A stretch of 34,666 nt of DNA from Asterionella formosa. Taxonomy: Eukaryota. Positions 12,101 through 22,499 of the stretch are shown one piece after another. The stretch lies in assembly GCA_002256025.1 (NCBI GenBank), contig NKIB01000176.1, forward strand, positions 1 to 34,666, written 5' to 3'. Each line of letters opens with the position of its first letter. The first letter of the stretch is position 1. The position numbers were made by a program, and so were the translations under genes. The notes under the pieces are model-generated. The model did not search any database. It had not been told where the DNA came from and saw only the letters and a program-made list of their open reading frames with translations.

Positions 12101-14591
12101 GGACGCCCATTTGAATTCGAACACTTGGATGAGCTTTCGTAGATCTCCACATAACATTCCGCAACATGAATTGAACCCTCTCCATCACCCCAACTTGCCC
12201 CGATTGCAAGCACCTGTCGAACCATTGCTTTCCAGCAACCGGATACAGTCGAAGAAAGAGTACAAGTCCATACAAATCCTCAAGCTTGCCTCTACCAATT
12301 GGTGTCCCACTCACACACCAACGAAAGTGAGACTCTAGTTTCAATGCCATTCGTGCTGATGTTGCCGTAGGCACCTCGACCCTTTGAGCTTCATCCAAAC
12401 AGATTCGCCACCATTTGATTGAAGTAAGCGGTGAAGGAGTAACTCGATACCGCTTTCTCATTCGCAGCCCCTTGATGCTGCTGTTATCTGTAAAAGGATT
12501 CTCATCCGTGTGACCTAAATCCCCCATGAGAGCGTCAAAAGTCATAAGTACCACATCTGCGTCGCCAAGCTTGTCAGCATGAACTAAATGACAAATGGGA
12601 TGACCCAAGGATTCATCTAAACTACCTGGTTTCCTTCGGTATAGCTCGCGAATTCCCGGATACACTACAACTTTAAGGGGACGCTTGTTGGGTTTACTTG
12701 GAGATACCATGGGTGACCCTGTTTGTGGCCATTCAGGAGAAAAAATAGCAGTGTGTCGACGGATCTCTCTTTCCCATTGATTGAGAATTGATGGTGGTGT
12801 CACAATAAGTGTTGCACGGCTTTGAAAAAGTACCTTGTCCCTGTTTGAAAACACGCAGGTAGGACAACGTTTCTCGGAACAAAGCCTAACTGCGAAGGGT
12901 TTAGTAACGAAATAGTCATTTCTCCATTCTAGCGTTGTCTCTTTCAACAATTCTTCAAATGCTGTAAATCCTGCACAAATACCATGCATTGGCTCGTCGC
13001 AACACCTACACAATACCATCGAGAGGCCATTTTGAAGAAATTTTTCACTGCCACACAAACATGTGCCGAGATGCTCTACAGTCATGAGAGTATTTTCTCT
13101 GCTTTGTGAGCTGTTGTTGTCTTCATCATCCGAAACTTCATTGTCAAAGTCAAACTTTCTCCCACGTACGGGTTGCTTTATTGGAGTGTGTGATACGTTT
13201 GGCTGGTCATTTTTGCCTTTTTCTTTTTCTAATTTTGGGGCTACTATGTGAATTGTTTCATTATCACTCGACACATCAATTGGTGCATGTACCAATGATC
13301 CATTATTTTGGTTCCCTTCCATAACTTCCCCGAACCTATTGGCCAGAATACAAGCAATTACTTCTACTGTTTTGCCAGTCCCCATACTATCTGCAAGAAT
13401 TCCTCCCTGCGTACTTGTTTGACCATGGCCAAGTGTCGCTATGCGAGCTTCTTCGTACGTGGATGTGATCCACCCTGCAAATGGAGAAATGAAAAATGTA
13501 GCAAGATCCTTATTATCCAAATGAAACAGTGGCTGTAACGTTGTTCCCACCATAACTAACCACGCTACTTCCCATTCATTTCCTTGAGATGTGTCCCCTT
13601 GTTCCCGTTCCAACATCCACCTTACTGCCGCTTGTTGATATGGCCGAAGTGTGGGAACCAAGCCTGGAATTTCCAAGCTTAGTTTATTATTGCTGTTTTT
13701 GCAATCATCCTCATATTTTTTCAATTGTGCATTGTCGACTGTATCATATACCATTTTGGCAGTAATCACGGCTGGGCCCGTCGTTGTTGTTTTCTGTACT
13801 ACATTTGTCAAGACCGAATCTGGAAAGAGACATGCCAATGTTTGATGAACATGCATGGCAGGGAGGTACTTTTTAGCAACAATGGATTTCGATGATAGGC
13901 TCCCAAACACTAGGGTTTGAGGAGAGCACATGTCAAGACACTTGGTTGTCAAATACAGGGACAATATGCTTGAACGCGTTGATTCGTCAAACTGGCATTC
14001 GAGTTGTAGAGTACCATCATCCATGGCTTTACCAATAGCATGATTCCAAGGATTTTCTTTAGTTTTAGCAAACAGTAGCGAAGCTCCTTCTGGTGTCTGA
14101 ACCCAGTACTTCACACATTGTTCCTTGTTGAGCAGTATTATGGATTGCTCTAGGTAAAATGTTTGCAACAATCTCCATCGATCTGGTGGATTGGTTGATA
14201 CTGGCAGTCGAGGGCCAATGTGAAACTCCGTAGTTTCATCATCGATAACGATTCGTTGCACTTCCGGACAAAGTTCAGATCCTTGTTCTACGGAAACAGT
14301 GCAATGTAGTCCTTCAACCTGGTCCACGATGGTTCTGGGTGGTTTCTTCGTCGTTTTCTTCCTTGTGATGCTTTTCGAATTTTTGATTTGAAGAGAAATG
14401 GTACGATTTGGACCAATGGCAATTTGTTGGAAAATTGCGGGGTCGTCGTTATCGTCTGACGGTATCAGACGAGCTACTGATCCTACTTCTAATGCTGCTG
14501 CTTGTACTTCCACTTCTTCTGCTGCTCCTGATACAACGGAGACAACAATCGGATTGACCACTAGATTCGGTATCCCCTTGGTTCGGCCCAT
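9105..14591 (-). CDS. SHPRH: SHPRH-like SNF2 helicase / E3 ubiquitin ligase with PHD and RING fingers, intronless, 1828 aa
   Basis: LRPYQ, GGILADSMGTGKT, a PHD-like CLC..C..C..H..C within the ATPase lobe, LIVTPPSILNQW, WWRICLDEAQ, RWCVSGTPI, LRAACCHPQ, the SHPRH-type DSLQCLHVLHNL, RING CIVC...CGHFFH...C...CPLRC, KSIVFSQW and QAIARVNRIGQ. Confidence 0.92.
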   Translation of the reverse strand: MGRTKGIPNLVVNPIVVSVVSGAAEEVEVQAAALEVGSVARLIPSDDNDDPAIFQQIAIGPNRTISLQIKNSKSITRKKTTKKPPRTIVDQVEGLHCTVSVEQGSELCPEVQRIVIDDETTEFHIGPRLPVSTNPPDRWRLLQTFYLEQSIILLNKEQCVKYWVQTPEGASLLFAKTKENPWNHAIGKAMDDGTLQLECQFDESTRSSILSLYLTTKCLDMCSPQTLVFGSLSSKSIVAKKYLPAMHVHQTLACLFPDSVLTNVVQKTTTTGPAVITAKMVYDTVDNAQLKKYEDDCKNSNNKLSLEIPGLVPTLRPYQQAAVRWMLEREQGDTSQGNEWEVAWLVMVGTTLQPLFHLDNKDLATFFISPFAGWITSTYEEARIATLGHGQTSTQGGILADSMGTGKTVEVIACILANRFGEVMEGNQNNGSLVHAPIDVSSDNETIHIVAPKLEKEKGKNDQPNVSHTPIKQPVRGRKFDFDNEVSDDEDNNSSQSRENTLMTVEHLGTCLCGSEKFLQNGLSMVLCRCCDEPMHGICAGFTAFEELLKETTLEWRNDYFVTKPFAVRLCSEKRCPTCVFSNRDKVLFQSRATLIVTPPSILNQWEREIRRHTAIFSPEWPQTGSPMVSPSKPNKRPLKVVVYPGIRELYRRKPGSLDESLGHPICHLVHADKLGDADVVLMTFDALMGDLGHTDENPFTDNSSIKGLRMRKRYRVTPSPLTSIKWWRICLDEAQRVEVPTATSARMALKLESHFRWCVSGTPIGRGKLEDLYGLVLFLRLYPVAGKQWFDRCLQSGQVGVMERVQFMLRNVMWRSTKAHPSVRIQMGVPEQIEKKVLLNFSSIEKHFYERQLEKTMVAASEVVGKASRRAKRNGKTDLLAAHLHRLRAACCHPQVGSSGIGRVSKKRKIAAGNNGDGGVSIGTGVLTMDQILDRLIDDAKVQCEESQRIAILHTNALASLSRLKVEAKFRGYVNFIDSDVSLLAQSCSSYMESLEISETNAKPTMLVGEAAVTGCLGFLSQRKVVRDGKAILMWKIKMQGDEYRKTRDLWARFDFEGPSKKITEARLKTLSTIPSEFEEELGSDCKLLSPKTAVFQVSHSSLGGEFVDVVDFDMASKATSDEWLSRGGFRTNKSKGWRLLLNDFALDDNNSFHVTPDDMVTFVVAMEIQMLEADVASDSLQCLHVLHNLSLSMSALQQLGVGCSSLKLSSAEMEEKMMSMHSESRRIESLYMDAARAPHLESQRDLQHHSSERNKYEKEFFVLSNRIRDHEISDLWQDLWWDDLLAICFIHGDLHDRERLCDMVTVALDDFVTDTVEGQKFRSRPIDQQRYKGFPNFQDVDGLRTGLNFRLMDYLSTLDGNTHSNAMKDVLVLSAQPSEVEIYENSRCGKCREDWNQTGPTCRHCNLETSLRKLPPDHLIMCIIKTLWKWLKDTKFSGKMSSAIKEVRLHERAAKFFELVKANETELQKALKVWTTHFDLLSDIDELNQCKRSMRLAQEDEDLTKLTDDELNAIVAPWDIASRHMDHATKQAMALGTLRRNTQTLRYLRNQSMDRKAEEERKKSGKKDDDNENTCIVCLSTFHGERAVLACGHFFHQSPCMEKLMAQFPGHSAISCPLRCSKRTRRDEVMIATDKRKDDGSKGTRSVEGSWGTKVTRLLGDLMDVTDQGDKSIVFSQWEDMLDVVEHAMAANGVCYVRVKSMSRLGDTIKRFRSNECSVLLLNVKNGAEGLTLVEATHVFMIEPLLNCGLDSQAIARVNRIGQTNKTYVHRYLIKGTIEIKIENIRVERQEDQLEDSINDAKKKHDICAGGIDGGFSEAELQDILK

Positions 14592-14807
14592 GAAAAATAG
14601 TATATATGTATATATATGTATTATAGAGAGAGCGAATAATCAATGACTGATCTTGGAAGGGGCGAGAAGAATATAATCACCAGCGTACCGATTGATTTTA
14701 CTCATTTTTTTTAGAAATAATTTCTTCAATCATATGATGGTGAACAAACGGATGAACCCTAGCTCGAACTAGGGTTTAAAAAATACATTGATTCAGAGTG
14801 CCTGCCT

Positions 14808-15316
14808 GTTCCGGTACCAGGTACCATGTACCGGTAATCAAAGACACAGTACGGTACTCTTCCTTTTGGTCTTTTTTTCAATAGTGAGGATTGAACCCCC
14901 TTCAAACAACAATCAGGAAGCTCCTTTCAAACCGCCTTCTTCTCAAACCCCCTCAGAAAGTTCTTATGATAAAATTGTATACAATATTGCAGGCTGTGCT
15001 AGAACAAGGCATGATGTCTTCTTCCTTCACTCTCATGAGAATGGAATCACCTTCCAATTACTACTCCACCAACTCTTCGACATCATCAACTTGGCATTGC
15101 CACTCATGGCAACCAAAATCACATCATTTGCAGAAGGTGCAATTCTCATGTCCCTCCACATTTCACTGGACCTTCCAGGTGTACCTTGACTTATACTGGA
15201 TTATAAATTGAAATGAAAAACTAGCATGAGTGTTAGATACCGGTATTTAAATACAGGGCTAAAAAGGATGTGCTATGTATGCTTATAAAAACAAACACAC
15301 TCAACATACCGGTGTT
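14808..15316. repeat. TACC(W)GGTA motifs in the divergent SHPRH / ERG24 intergenic region
   Basis: CCGGTACCAGGTACCATGTACCGGTA 14811-14836, ATACCGGTAT ~15237 and ATACCGGT ~15306 flank a C-rich, CpG-poor segment (~14890-15200). Confidence 0.75.
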
Positions 15317-15697
15317 TTCGAGTGCACAAAATATTTGAATATTTCTTCCTTTATTCTTCTTATTCAATCATAATACAGCATTTCTACCTCATTTTTCTAA
15401 GTATTTCTAGTTTAGAAACTTACTGCTCATTGCTCATCTTCTCAAAAAAAATCCAAAAAGTTTATTCTTATACTTTCTTTACCACATTTATGCCAAAATG
15501 CGTTAATCTTTTCCTACATAAAAGAATTAATACTACTATTTGTTTCAATTTGTTATCAGATCATTCAGGTCCGTCATACTAATCAGGCATATATCGTCGA
15601 ATCGAATTGCCTCGGTATTTGTATGTATGCGGATTATTGGTATTGGCATTTTCGTCACATTTGGGAATGTCAAGATAATACTCAAATACATATCAAC

Positions 15698-17086
15698 ATG
15701 GCGACAACGAAAACGACCCAGGTCCACGACAAGCCCTCGACCAACAGCAAGCCCATCCCCTTCCACTATGAGTTTGGTGGTCCCGTGGGAGCTTTGGCAA
15801 CGACCCTCCTGCTCCCGGTGGTCGTATTGCTTCTATCGCATTGGTCCCACGAGGGACAAGTAGACCTTTCATGCCTATCCGAGTTTTTTCAACGTCCCTT
15901 TTGGGAGGTCCTTCTGACATCTCGCGTGTTTTGTCCCAGCTGCTCCTCGGATACGGCGCTACTGCTACAATGCACCGTTTGCGTGTTGTCTTGGTTCGTC
16001 TTTCAGGTTTTGCTCGAACGGTTCCTTCCCTGCGAACTCGTGCCTGGGATCCCCGTCAAGGGAACTGACAATCATGTCCTAGTGTATCGCATCAATGGGC
16101 ATTTGGCATTTTGGGTCACTTGGTTACTAGTGCTTGTGGCATGGCCGTATTATGACGAAACACATCAGGTCTGGCAACTGGGGACTGCGCCCCTGACACT
16201 CTTGTATGACCATCACGCGGAATTGGCGTTGGTTACCATGGGATTATGCTTTGCTCTCAGCACCTATTTGTACTTAAGCAGCTTTGTAGGAGACAAAGTG
16301 CTAGCCGAAGGAGGGAACTCTGGCATTCCGTGGTATGACTTCTTTATTGGTCGTGAATTGAATCCTCGCGGAATAGGCGGGACGTTTGATTGGAAAGAAT
16401 TTTGTGAACTGCGTCCCGGTCTGATTGGGTGGATGCTCTTGAATGCTAGCTGTGCTGCTAAACAATACCAAGTCATGGGGTATGTGTCTGGAAGTATGAT
16501 TTTGCTCAACATCTTTCAAGGTATCTACGTTTGGGATGCACTCTACCAAGAACGGGCCATTCTAACCACCATGGATATTACTACTGACGGATTTGGGTAC
16601 ATGTTGTGCTTTGGAGATTTAGCATGGGTACCCTTTACATATTCTATTCAAGCCAAGTATCTTGTGCGACATGATCCGAATCTATCAACTGCCATCTTGG
16701 GTCTGATTCTTGTGGTTCACATTGGTGGATACCTCATCTTTCGGGGTGCCAACGGTCAGAAAGATGCTTTTAGAAAAGACCCCAATGGTGAGGACGTACA
16801 GCATCTTAGCTTTCTACAAACGAAGCGAGGTACCAAACTTTTGACGAGTGGATGGTGGGGTATGGCGCGGAAAATCAATTACACTGGTGATTACATTATG
16901 GGATTGAGTTGGTGCTTAACCTGTGGATTTGATTCCATTGTCCCATACTATTATGCTATTTACTTTTGTATCCTCTTGGTGCATCGGTCCATCCGCGATG
17001 ATCACATGTGTCAAGAAAAATATGGAAACGATTGGCAAACTTACAAGCAAATGGTACCATATCGTTTTATTCCTGGAGTTGTTTAG
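15698..17086 (+). CDS. ERG24: Delta(14)-sterol reductase (ERG4/ERG24 family; ERG24/TM7SF2/LBR-like), ~462 aa
   Basis: YEFGGP, YDFFIGRELNPR, FCELRPGLIGW, TTMDITTDGFGYMLCFGDLAWVPFTYS, IFRGANGQKDAFR, LLTSGWWGMARKINYTGD, HRSIRDDHMCQEKYG and VPYRFIP. ATG 15698 (CAACATGG) is preferred over the track start at 15623. Confidence 0.93.
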   Translation: MATTKTTQVHDKPSTNSKPIPFHYEFGGPVGALATTLLLPVVVLLLSHWSHEGQVDLSCLSEFFQRPFWEVLLTSRVFCPSCSSDTALLLQCTVCVLSWFVFQVLLERFLPCELVPGIPVKGTDNHVLVYRINGHLAFWVTWLLVLVAWPYYDETHQVWQLGTAPLTLLYDHHAELALVTMGLCFALSTYLYLSSFVGDKVLAEGGNSGIPWYDFFIGRELNPRGIGGTFDWKEFCELRPGLIGWMLLNASCAAKQYQVMGYVSGSMILLNIFQGIYVWDALYQERAILTTMDITTDGFGYMLCFGDLAWVPFTYSIQAKYLVRHDPNLSTAILGLILVVHIGGYLIFRGANGQKDAFRKDPNGEDVQHLSFLQTKRGTKLLTSGWWGMARKINYTGDYIMGLSWCLTCGFDSIVPYYYAIYFCILLVHRSIRDDHMCQEKYGNDWQTYKQMVPYRFIPGVV

Positions 17087-17314
17087 GAAGTGAACGAGGT
17101 GGACATCGAGTCTCTTGCCTATACCGTCATTTTTTCATTGACCTGACAGTGTGAAGAACATATTGTGGCCATAAAAATACCCGAGAAACTCTTCCACCAC
17201 TACATACTAGGAAATAAATAAGGTTCAAAGAATTTAATTTTTACTTTGCGAGTCCTGACGATTTATCGAACAAAACACATATCTTGTGATTGTTCTGTGA
17301 TGCATTCTGGTAAA

Positions 17315-19510
17315 TCAAGCAGTGGGGGCTGAGACATATTTTGCCCTTCCTGATTGGGGCGAGTGACGCACATTTCGACATTCCAAATGCCTTCGTTCAA
17401 GTATGTAATTTTGAACTATTCTGTCAGCATGTAAAACTCCACCCTTCATATCGTTAGGTAGAAATTGTTCATATCCCTTAGCCATAAATTGCCCCAAATC
17501 CTTCTCATTGATTCGACATACTTTCTTTCGAAAATCCTCTGTCATCATCGGTCTCATAATTTGCCAAATGCTCCCAAACCACACAGGTGTATTTACAAGC
17601 AACCACATATTCACACGAATTGGTATCTTGCGCCCTTGCAAGGCCAAGATGAAATTGTGGAAATAGGCAATACTGAAGTTTTGCATCTTGAAGCCGTTGA
17701 AGTTAGAGACCAAAGCCACTCCATCTGTGGAGGTGTCTTCCCGTTCCATCATGATGTTCACGACGTATACCAAGTTGTCGATGATTGCGCTCACCGAGTC
17801 TTCCTTGGGCGAGTACTGTTTCATGCACATGTAGATGACTTCATAACCTTCGAGAGAACGCAGTCCCCGGCACGGAAAGATGCAGCCAGCAATCAGCATC
17901 CTCTCAGCCGCCATTATGGATAAGTTCATGAACCGGCGGTCAAACTTCTTCATCACTTTGAGGGCTGACTTGAAGTCGAAAGATAATCCAGGACTGCACT
18001 TGGCGAATCTAATATACCAAAGATTTGGAAACGGTTTAGACTTTCCTTCACCTTGTTCCCAAGTGGTCTTGATAGCGTAGACACATGATCGCTGAGCCGT
18101 TGTCAAGGAATTGATTTGGTCTTCAAAGGATCTAAAAGCCTTCGAAACTGGAAGAACAGGATCAGATCGAGAAGTTTCAGTTGAGCCAATACTGCATGAT
18201 CGATTGTGCGCAATTTGAGGTAATCCATGAAGCGAATGGTGTGCACTATGCACTTTAGTGTACGATGGGGTTTGCATTGGAATAGCTCGGTGAGAATGGC
18301 TGCGATGGCTCATGTTCTGGACCTCTGGGGCGACCTTGCGATTTGTGACTTCGACGAACTTATTGATTTGATCCATCGGAGGCGATGGAGGCGGCGAAAA
18401 CGGTAGTGAATTGCCTAATGGAGGCGGTGTAACCATGGTTAATACGGACCCATTCATCGATCTCGTTTGCACACTCGCCACCATATTTCTTGGTCGAGGT
18501 TTCATGTCGCCTTCATCCCCAGATTTTTGGCGCATGAACGTTTCGTTTCGTCGCATGTTTCCAAATGAGTCTGCATTGATCAATTGCTCCGAATTCATGG
18601 AAGAATTAGGGAAAGATCGAAAGCTGCCATTTTCCCAAGCACTATCCGGAGCGAACGAGTCTTGGTCATCGTCGCCAAACAATGATTCAACTTGCTCCAT
18701 CCGAGATTCCTCATCTTCTTCCCGCTCAAGTTCCTTCAGCTGTGCAACGGCATTCATCTCTATTGCGGAACTTACAAACGTAAGAGGAACTGGTGGTAAT
18801 TGTTTGTTGGTTGTAAAGTGATTAATGTCTGCTTGTGATCTCAGAAACGCTTCAAACATCATGGATTGCTCCATGGCTAGCTTTTCATCGTGGCCATGCT
18901 TTGTCAGGAACGATTGCAACATTTCCCCGTGAAAGGCTGCCATCGCTTTCTTCTCGCTCGACATGTGAGGAACTCCACAAGTAATAATCAACGGGGACAA
19001 ACTCTGCCCAACATTAACGTTACCGTGACCCATTGCAGCTTGAATTTCATCCAACGAGTCCAAACACGATTGTTCGTAAGTTCCCATGGTGGTTGATGTT
19101 TTCGAAGTTTGCGGGGTTGATATTGAGCTGCTATGATGCTGTTGAAACTGTTGCTCTGAGTCTAAACATTGGGAATCATTCAGGCCTCCTGATCGATCCA
19201 TGACAAAATCGTTAAAAGCCTCTGACAGCCCTGTGTGCTGATCGCTCATACCCTTTCTCTGATCAATAAGACGCTCTCTGGATGAATCTTTCACTTTCTT
19301 CGGTTCTTTCCTTGGTTCTTTCCTTGATTTCTTCTTTTTCTTATCATCCGAACCTGTCTTTTCCTTACTTGCTTTTGAGGACTTGGTGGTTCCGGAGATG
19401 GTACTTGTCTGAGACTCCCTAGATGATTGAGAAGCCCCCATGACTCGCTCGTGCTTCTCGATATCGTTAACCATGCCTTTGCTTGTCTTCTTGCGTATTC
19501 CTTCTTCCAT
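17315..19510 (-). CDS. CRAL-TRIO (Sec14-like) lipid-binding domain protein with a long low-complexity N-terminus, 731 aa
   Basis: The C-terminal ~230 aa carry CRAL-TRIO-like features: YIRFAKC..FDFKSA, GVALVSNFNGFKMQNFS, LQGRKIPIRVNMWLLVNTPVWFGSIWQIMRPMMTEDFRKKV and LPNDMKGG. The N-terminus is K/S/Q-rich and probably disordered. Confidence 0.85.
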   Translation of the reverse strand: MEEGIRKKTSKGMVNDIEKHERVMGASQSSRESQTSTISGTTKSSKASKEKTGSDDKKKKKSRKEPRKEPKKVKDSSRERLIDQRKGMSDQHTGLSEAFNDFVMDRSGGLNDSQCLDSEQQFQQHHSSSISTPQTSKTSTTMGTYEQSCLDSLDEIQAAMGHGNVNVGQSLSPLIITCGVPHMSSEKKAMAAFHGEMLQSFLTKHGHDEKLAMEQSMMFEAFLRSQADINHFTTNKQLPPVPLTFVSSAIEMNAVAQLKELEREEDEESRMEQVESLFGDDDQDSFAPDSAWENGSFRSFPNSSMNSEQLINADSFGNMRRNETFMRQKSGDEGDMKPRPRNMVASVQTRSMNGSVLTMVTPPPLGNSLPFSPPPSPPMDQINKFVEVTNRKVAPEVQNMSHRSHSHRAIPMQTPSYTKVHSAHHSLHGLPQIAHNRSCSIGSTETSRSDPVLPVSKAFRSFEDQINSLTTAQRSCVYAIKTTWEQGEGKSKPFPNLWYIRFAKCSPGLSFDFKSALKVMKKFDRRFMNLSIMAAERMLIAGCIFPCRGLRSLEGYEVIYMCMKQYSPKEDSVSAIIDNLVYVVNIMMEREDTSTDGVALVSNFNGFKMQNFSIAYFHNFILALQGRKIPIRVNMWLLVNTPVWFGSIWQIMRPMMTEDFRKKVCRINEKDLGQFMAKGYEQFLPNDMKGGVLHADRIVQNYILERRHLECRNVRHSPQSGRAKYVSAPTA

Positions 19511-21499
19511 GTAATATTATACGGTAGTCTGTAAGGTGAGTTAATTCGATCACTATAACGGCACGAGGAAATGTGTTCATAATTTCTCTGACCCAGGATC
19601 AGATTTCTTCCCCGGCTCTGCGTATAATAATTTGCGATTTGCAAAGGAGGTATTAGTGTCCTATATGCATCGTTACTGTGCACTACATAGCCTGAAACAG
19701 AGGTGCGAGACCAGGAACTGTGACTCGGAAGAACGGAGTCCCTTTCTGGGCACGTGGTCGACTATGACATAGCACTTGAACGTTTAAGTCCCTCGATCTT
19801 TTCCGTCACATCCTAAGCAAATCATGATTTTAAGACTGTCCGAAGGCGAGTGCTACGACAAAAGGATTTATACGGTTGAAATGGTTCTACAAACAACCTA
19901 GGAAATGGCTTCATAAATGATCGGCTAAGTAACATGTACCGTAGTGATTGCCAAAATTCAGGCTCGGGTTAATCGTCCTTTGTCGGTTGTGGTTGCCTGC
20001 TGGGTGGTTTCATTTAGTCACGTGCGTAATAGGGACCTGTGAAATAGATGTTGATATGGCGTTACCCCGTTGCTGCTTGCATCGAAATTACCAGTATTCA
20101 TGTTTTTCTTTAGAGGATCTCCACTGCATCGACCAAGTACCAAAAGCCAATTGCAGTTGAAAATATCAATACACGTCACATGGGCGGTCGAGAAATTCTT
20201 TATCAATGGTCGAAATTTTCATATTTTTCCCACCGAATCGACCAAATCCTATATTGGCCTAATCTCGCGCCTAAATTTTTAGCCAATAGAAATAGAGCTA
20301 GTGTGTAGTTACGTGTGCGCATTTACTTACACATTGCCAGGTCCGTCTTTTCCAAAATATTTTTATGATTTACCTCACTCCACACATTAGCTACGTGCAA
20401 CTAAATCAAAGAGTTATACGAGGTAAAATGAGCTTTCACCAATACAACTTTTGCATATGCTTGCTTGGATACAGTCACTGCTCAACTTCTTAGGTGAATA
20501 CTCTATATTCAGATATGGTAAGGACCTCATATCTGGAGAGAAACTACAGTTATGAATCTACATAACTATTGCAAAAATAGTCAAAAAAGGGGCAACAAAG
20601 AAGCTTCAAAAATCTCCTGGTGATGTTATAGGGTACATGGCTATCTATTTTAATCTTGTTCATGAAACCCTGCAGATGTACTAGAGCGATCCTCCTCCCA
20701 AAAGTCGACCTGATCAGCTTTTTCAACATGTTGCCAAAATATTGGAATCAGAATTTGTCCATGATGATGCAAAAACGTTCTCGTAGACTTAGAGTCTTGT
20801 GTAGGTATGTTTTGCTGCATAATTATCTATCCGAAAAGACTCCATGGCAAGTTCCCATGTCACAACACCAATTCTGGTTGGTTGAATTGAATTTACTCAT
20901 CTGCTCCAGATTTGCTGAGTCTCATAATTTTGTAAAATCAAGCAAGCCACACCTGAACCACAAGTATTTGATGTGCAGTGTACCATTAAGTAAAATCAGT
21001 AGCACTGGTATCAGTAGTTTTCCCATCATCATGAATCATGAACCAAGATTACATACTATTTACTGTTTTTTGGTACATACATGCCTGTGGGCATAGAGAA
21101 ATAGTAAAACTACATTAAGAAATGTAGACTCTGTATAAACGTATAAATATCATTTGAACAAGATCCATGATTTTACATACCGACATGCTACTAATTTATG
21201 CATGTGTTTTGGCGTGGAGTCATATCATGTCCACATACACAAACGAAGATATTCAATAAAAATGTGTTCATATCATTTTTGTGTGTTTGAAATGGAACTC
21301 TATCAATCTGGCGCCAAATACTATTCAATTTAAATATTCAAGAAAACACTCAAACGATGGGAATTCACAACAACGAACTCCCTGTTAAACGCCAATTTTA
21401 CAACCCTAGCGATGTTTTACACCAAACTGGGGTTAAGCCGGGGCCGCAACCTGAATTCATGAAGCAGCTGCATACATACCTAATTCTTACAAAGCTAGC

Positions 21500-22409
21500 A
21501 ATACGCCTATCTGGAATTGCTCATCAAAAAATTATTACGACTAAGTACTTGAATATTGGTCATAGAGAATTGCGGCTTCATACACTTTTGTAACGCAATA
21601 ATCAATAGGTATGGGAAAGAGCATCTTTGAGCTCCGACCAACAAGGACCTTGAGATGATTCTACGTTTGCATTGAAGGAAAGGTTTGGGCAGGGCTTCTT
21701 GGTACATTGGACGTCATGCATTGGGAGTGGAAAAACTGTCCGAAGAGCACACAGAGGAGCATTTCAAGGAAAAGAAGGAGTGGCAAATATTGCTTTGGAA
21801 GCTGCGGTTGATTGTAGACTTTGGTTCTGGCATGCATGGTTTGGAATGCCAGGTGCAAACAATGATCTTACTATTTGGATCGTTCTCCGTTTTTCCATGA
21901 TTTGTCAGATTGAAGGACTCCAAAAGTAATCTTTGCCATCAACAACCAACAACACAATCCGGTGTATTATTCTGTTGATGAAATCTACCCAAATTGGCTT
22001 ATAATTGTTTAGACAATTTCAGAGCTACAAGGTCTGAAGCGGAGTTATTTTTCGATGTGTCAGGAGGCACAGCGCAAGGACGTCGAGCGAGCATTTGGGG
22101 TTTCCACAGGCCAGGTGGAGGATCCTTGCACTTCCCTATAAACTTTGGTCAGTGGGCGCTATGAACAGTGTAATCATTGCATGCATCATTTTGCACAACA
22201 TGATCATAGATTTTGGGTGGGAAACTGAAAAAAATGACTACCTATTTGACCATATTCAGGATGGATTTTGGGTTGACAACAATCATGACAATGTCCGTAC
22301 ATTTCTTGATTTCAAGAATTTTAGAATGAACTAAATGAGCAAATGTGAACACTTTTGATTGTGTAATAATTTGATTGAGCACTTTTGGATTCAAAACGAG
22401 GACAAATAA
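21500..22409 (+). pseudogene. Harbinger DDE transposase pseudogene (plant-transposon-protein type)
   Basis: Frameshifted pieces KYLNIG, FCNAIINRYGKEHL*APT, GLLGTLDVMHWEWKNCP, IALEAAVDCRLWFWHAWFGMPGANND, VDEIYPNW, QEAQRKDVERAFG, QARWRIL, ACIILHNMII and NNLIEHFW, with several stops and indels. Confidence 0.9.
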
Positions 22410-22499
22410 TAGATGATAATTTGGATCAAGATTAATTTAGTTTAAAATACAAGTTCTCGATTGACAATAATAAAATTGATAGTGTAATGATGTAATGTC

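Noticed and set aside
15623..15697. N-terminal extension of ERG24 given by the ORF track
   Set aside because: It looks like AT-rich UTR. ATG 15698 has better context and gives a family-typical distance to YEFGGP.
20700..21100. Possible hAT-like transposase fragment (minus-strand WYTAHQILVVQ)
   Set aside because: Only one weak CxxH-like motif and no supporting TRW or dimerisation motifs, so too weak to call.
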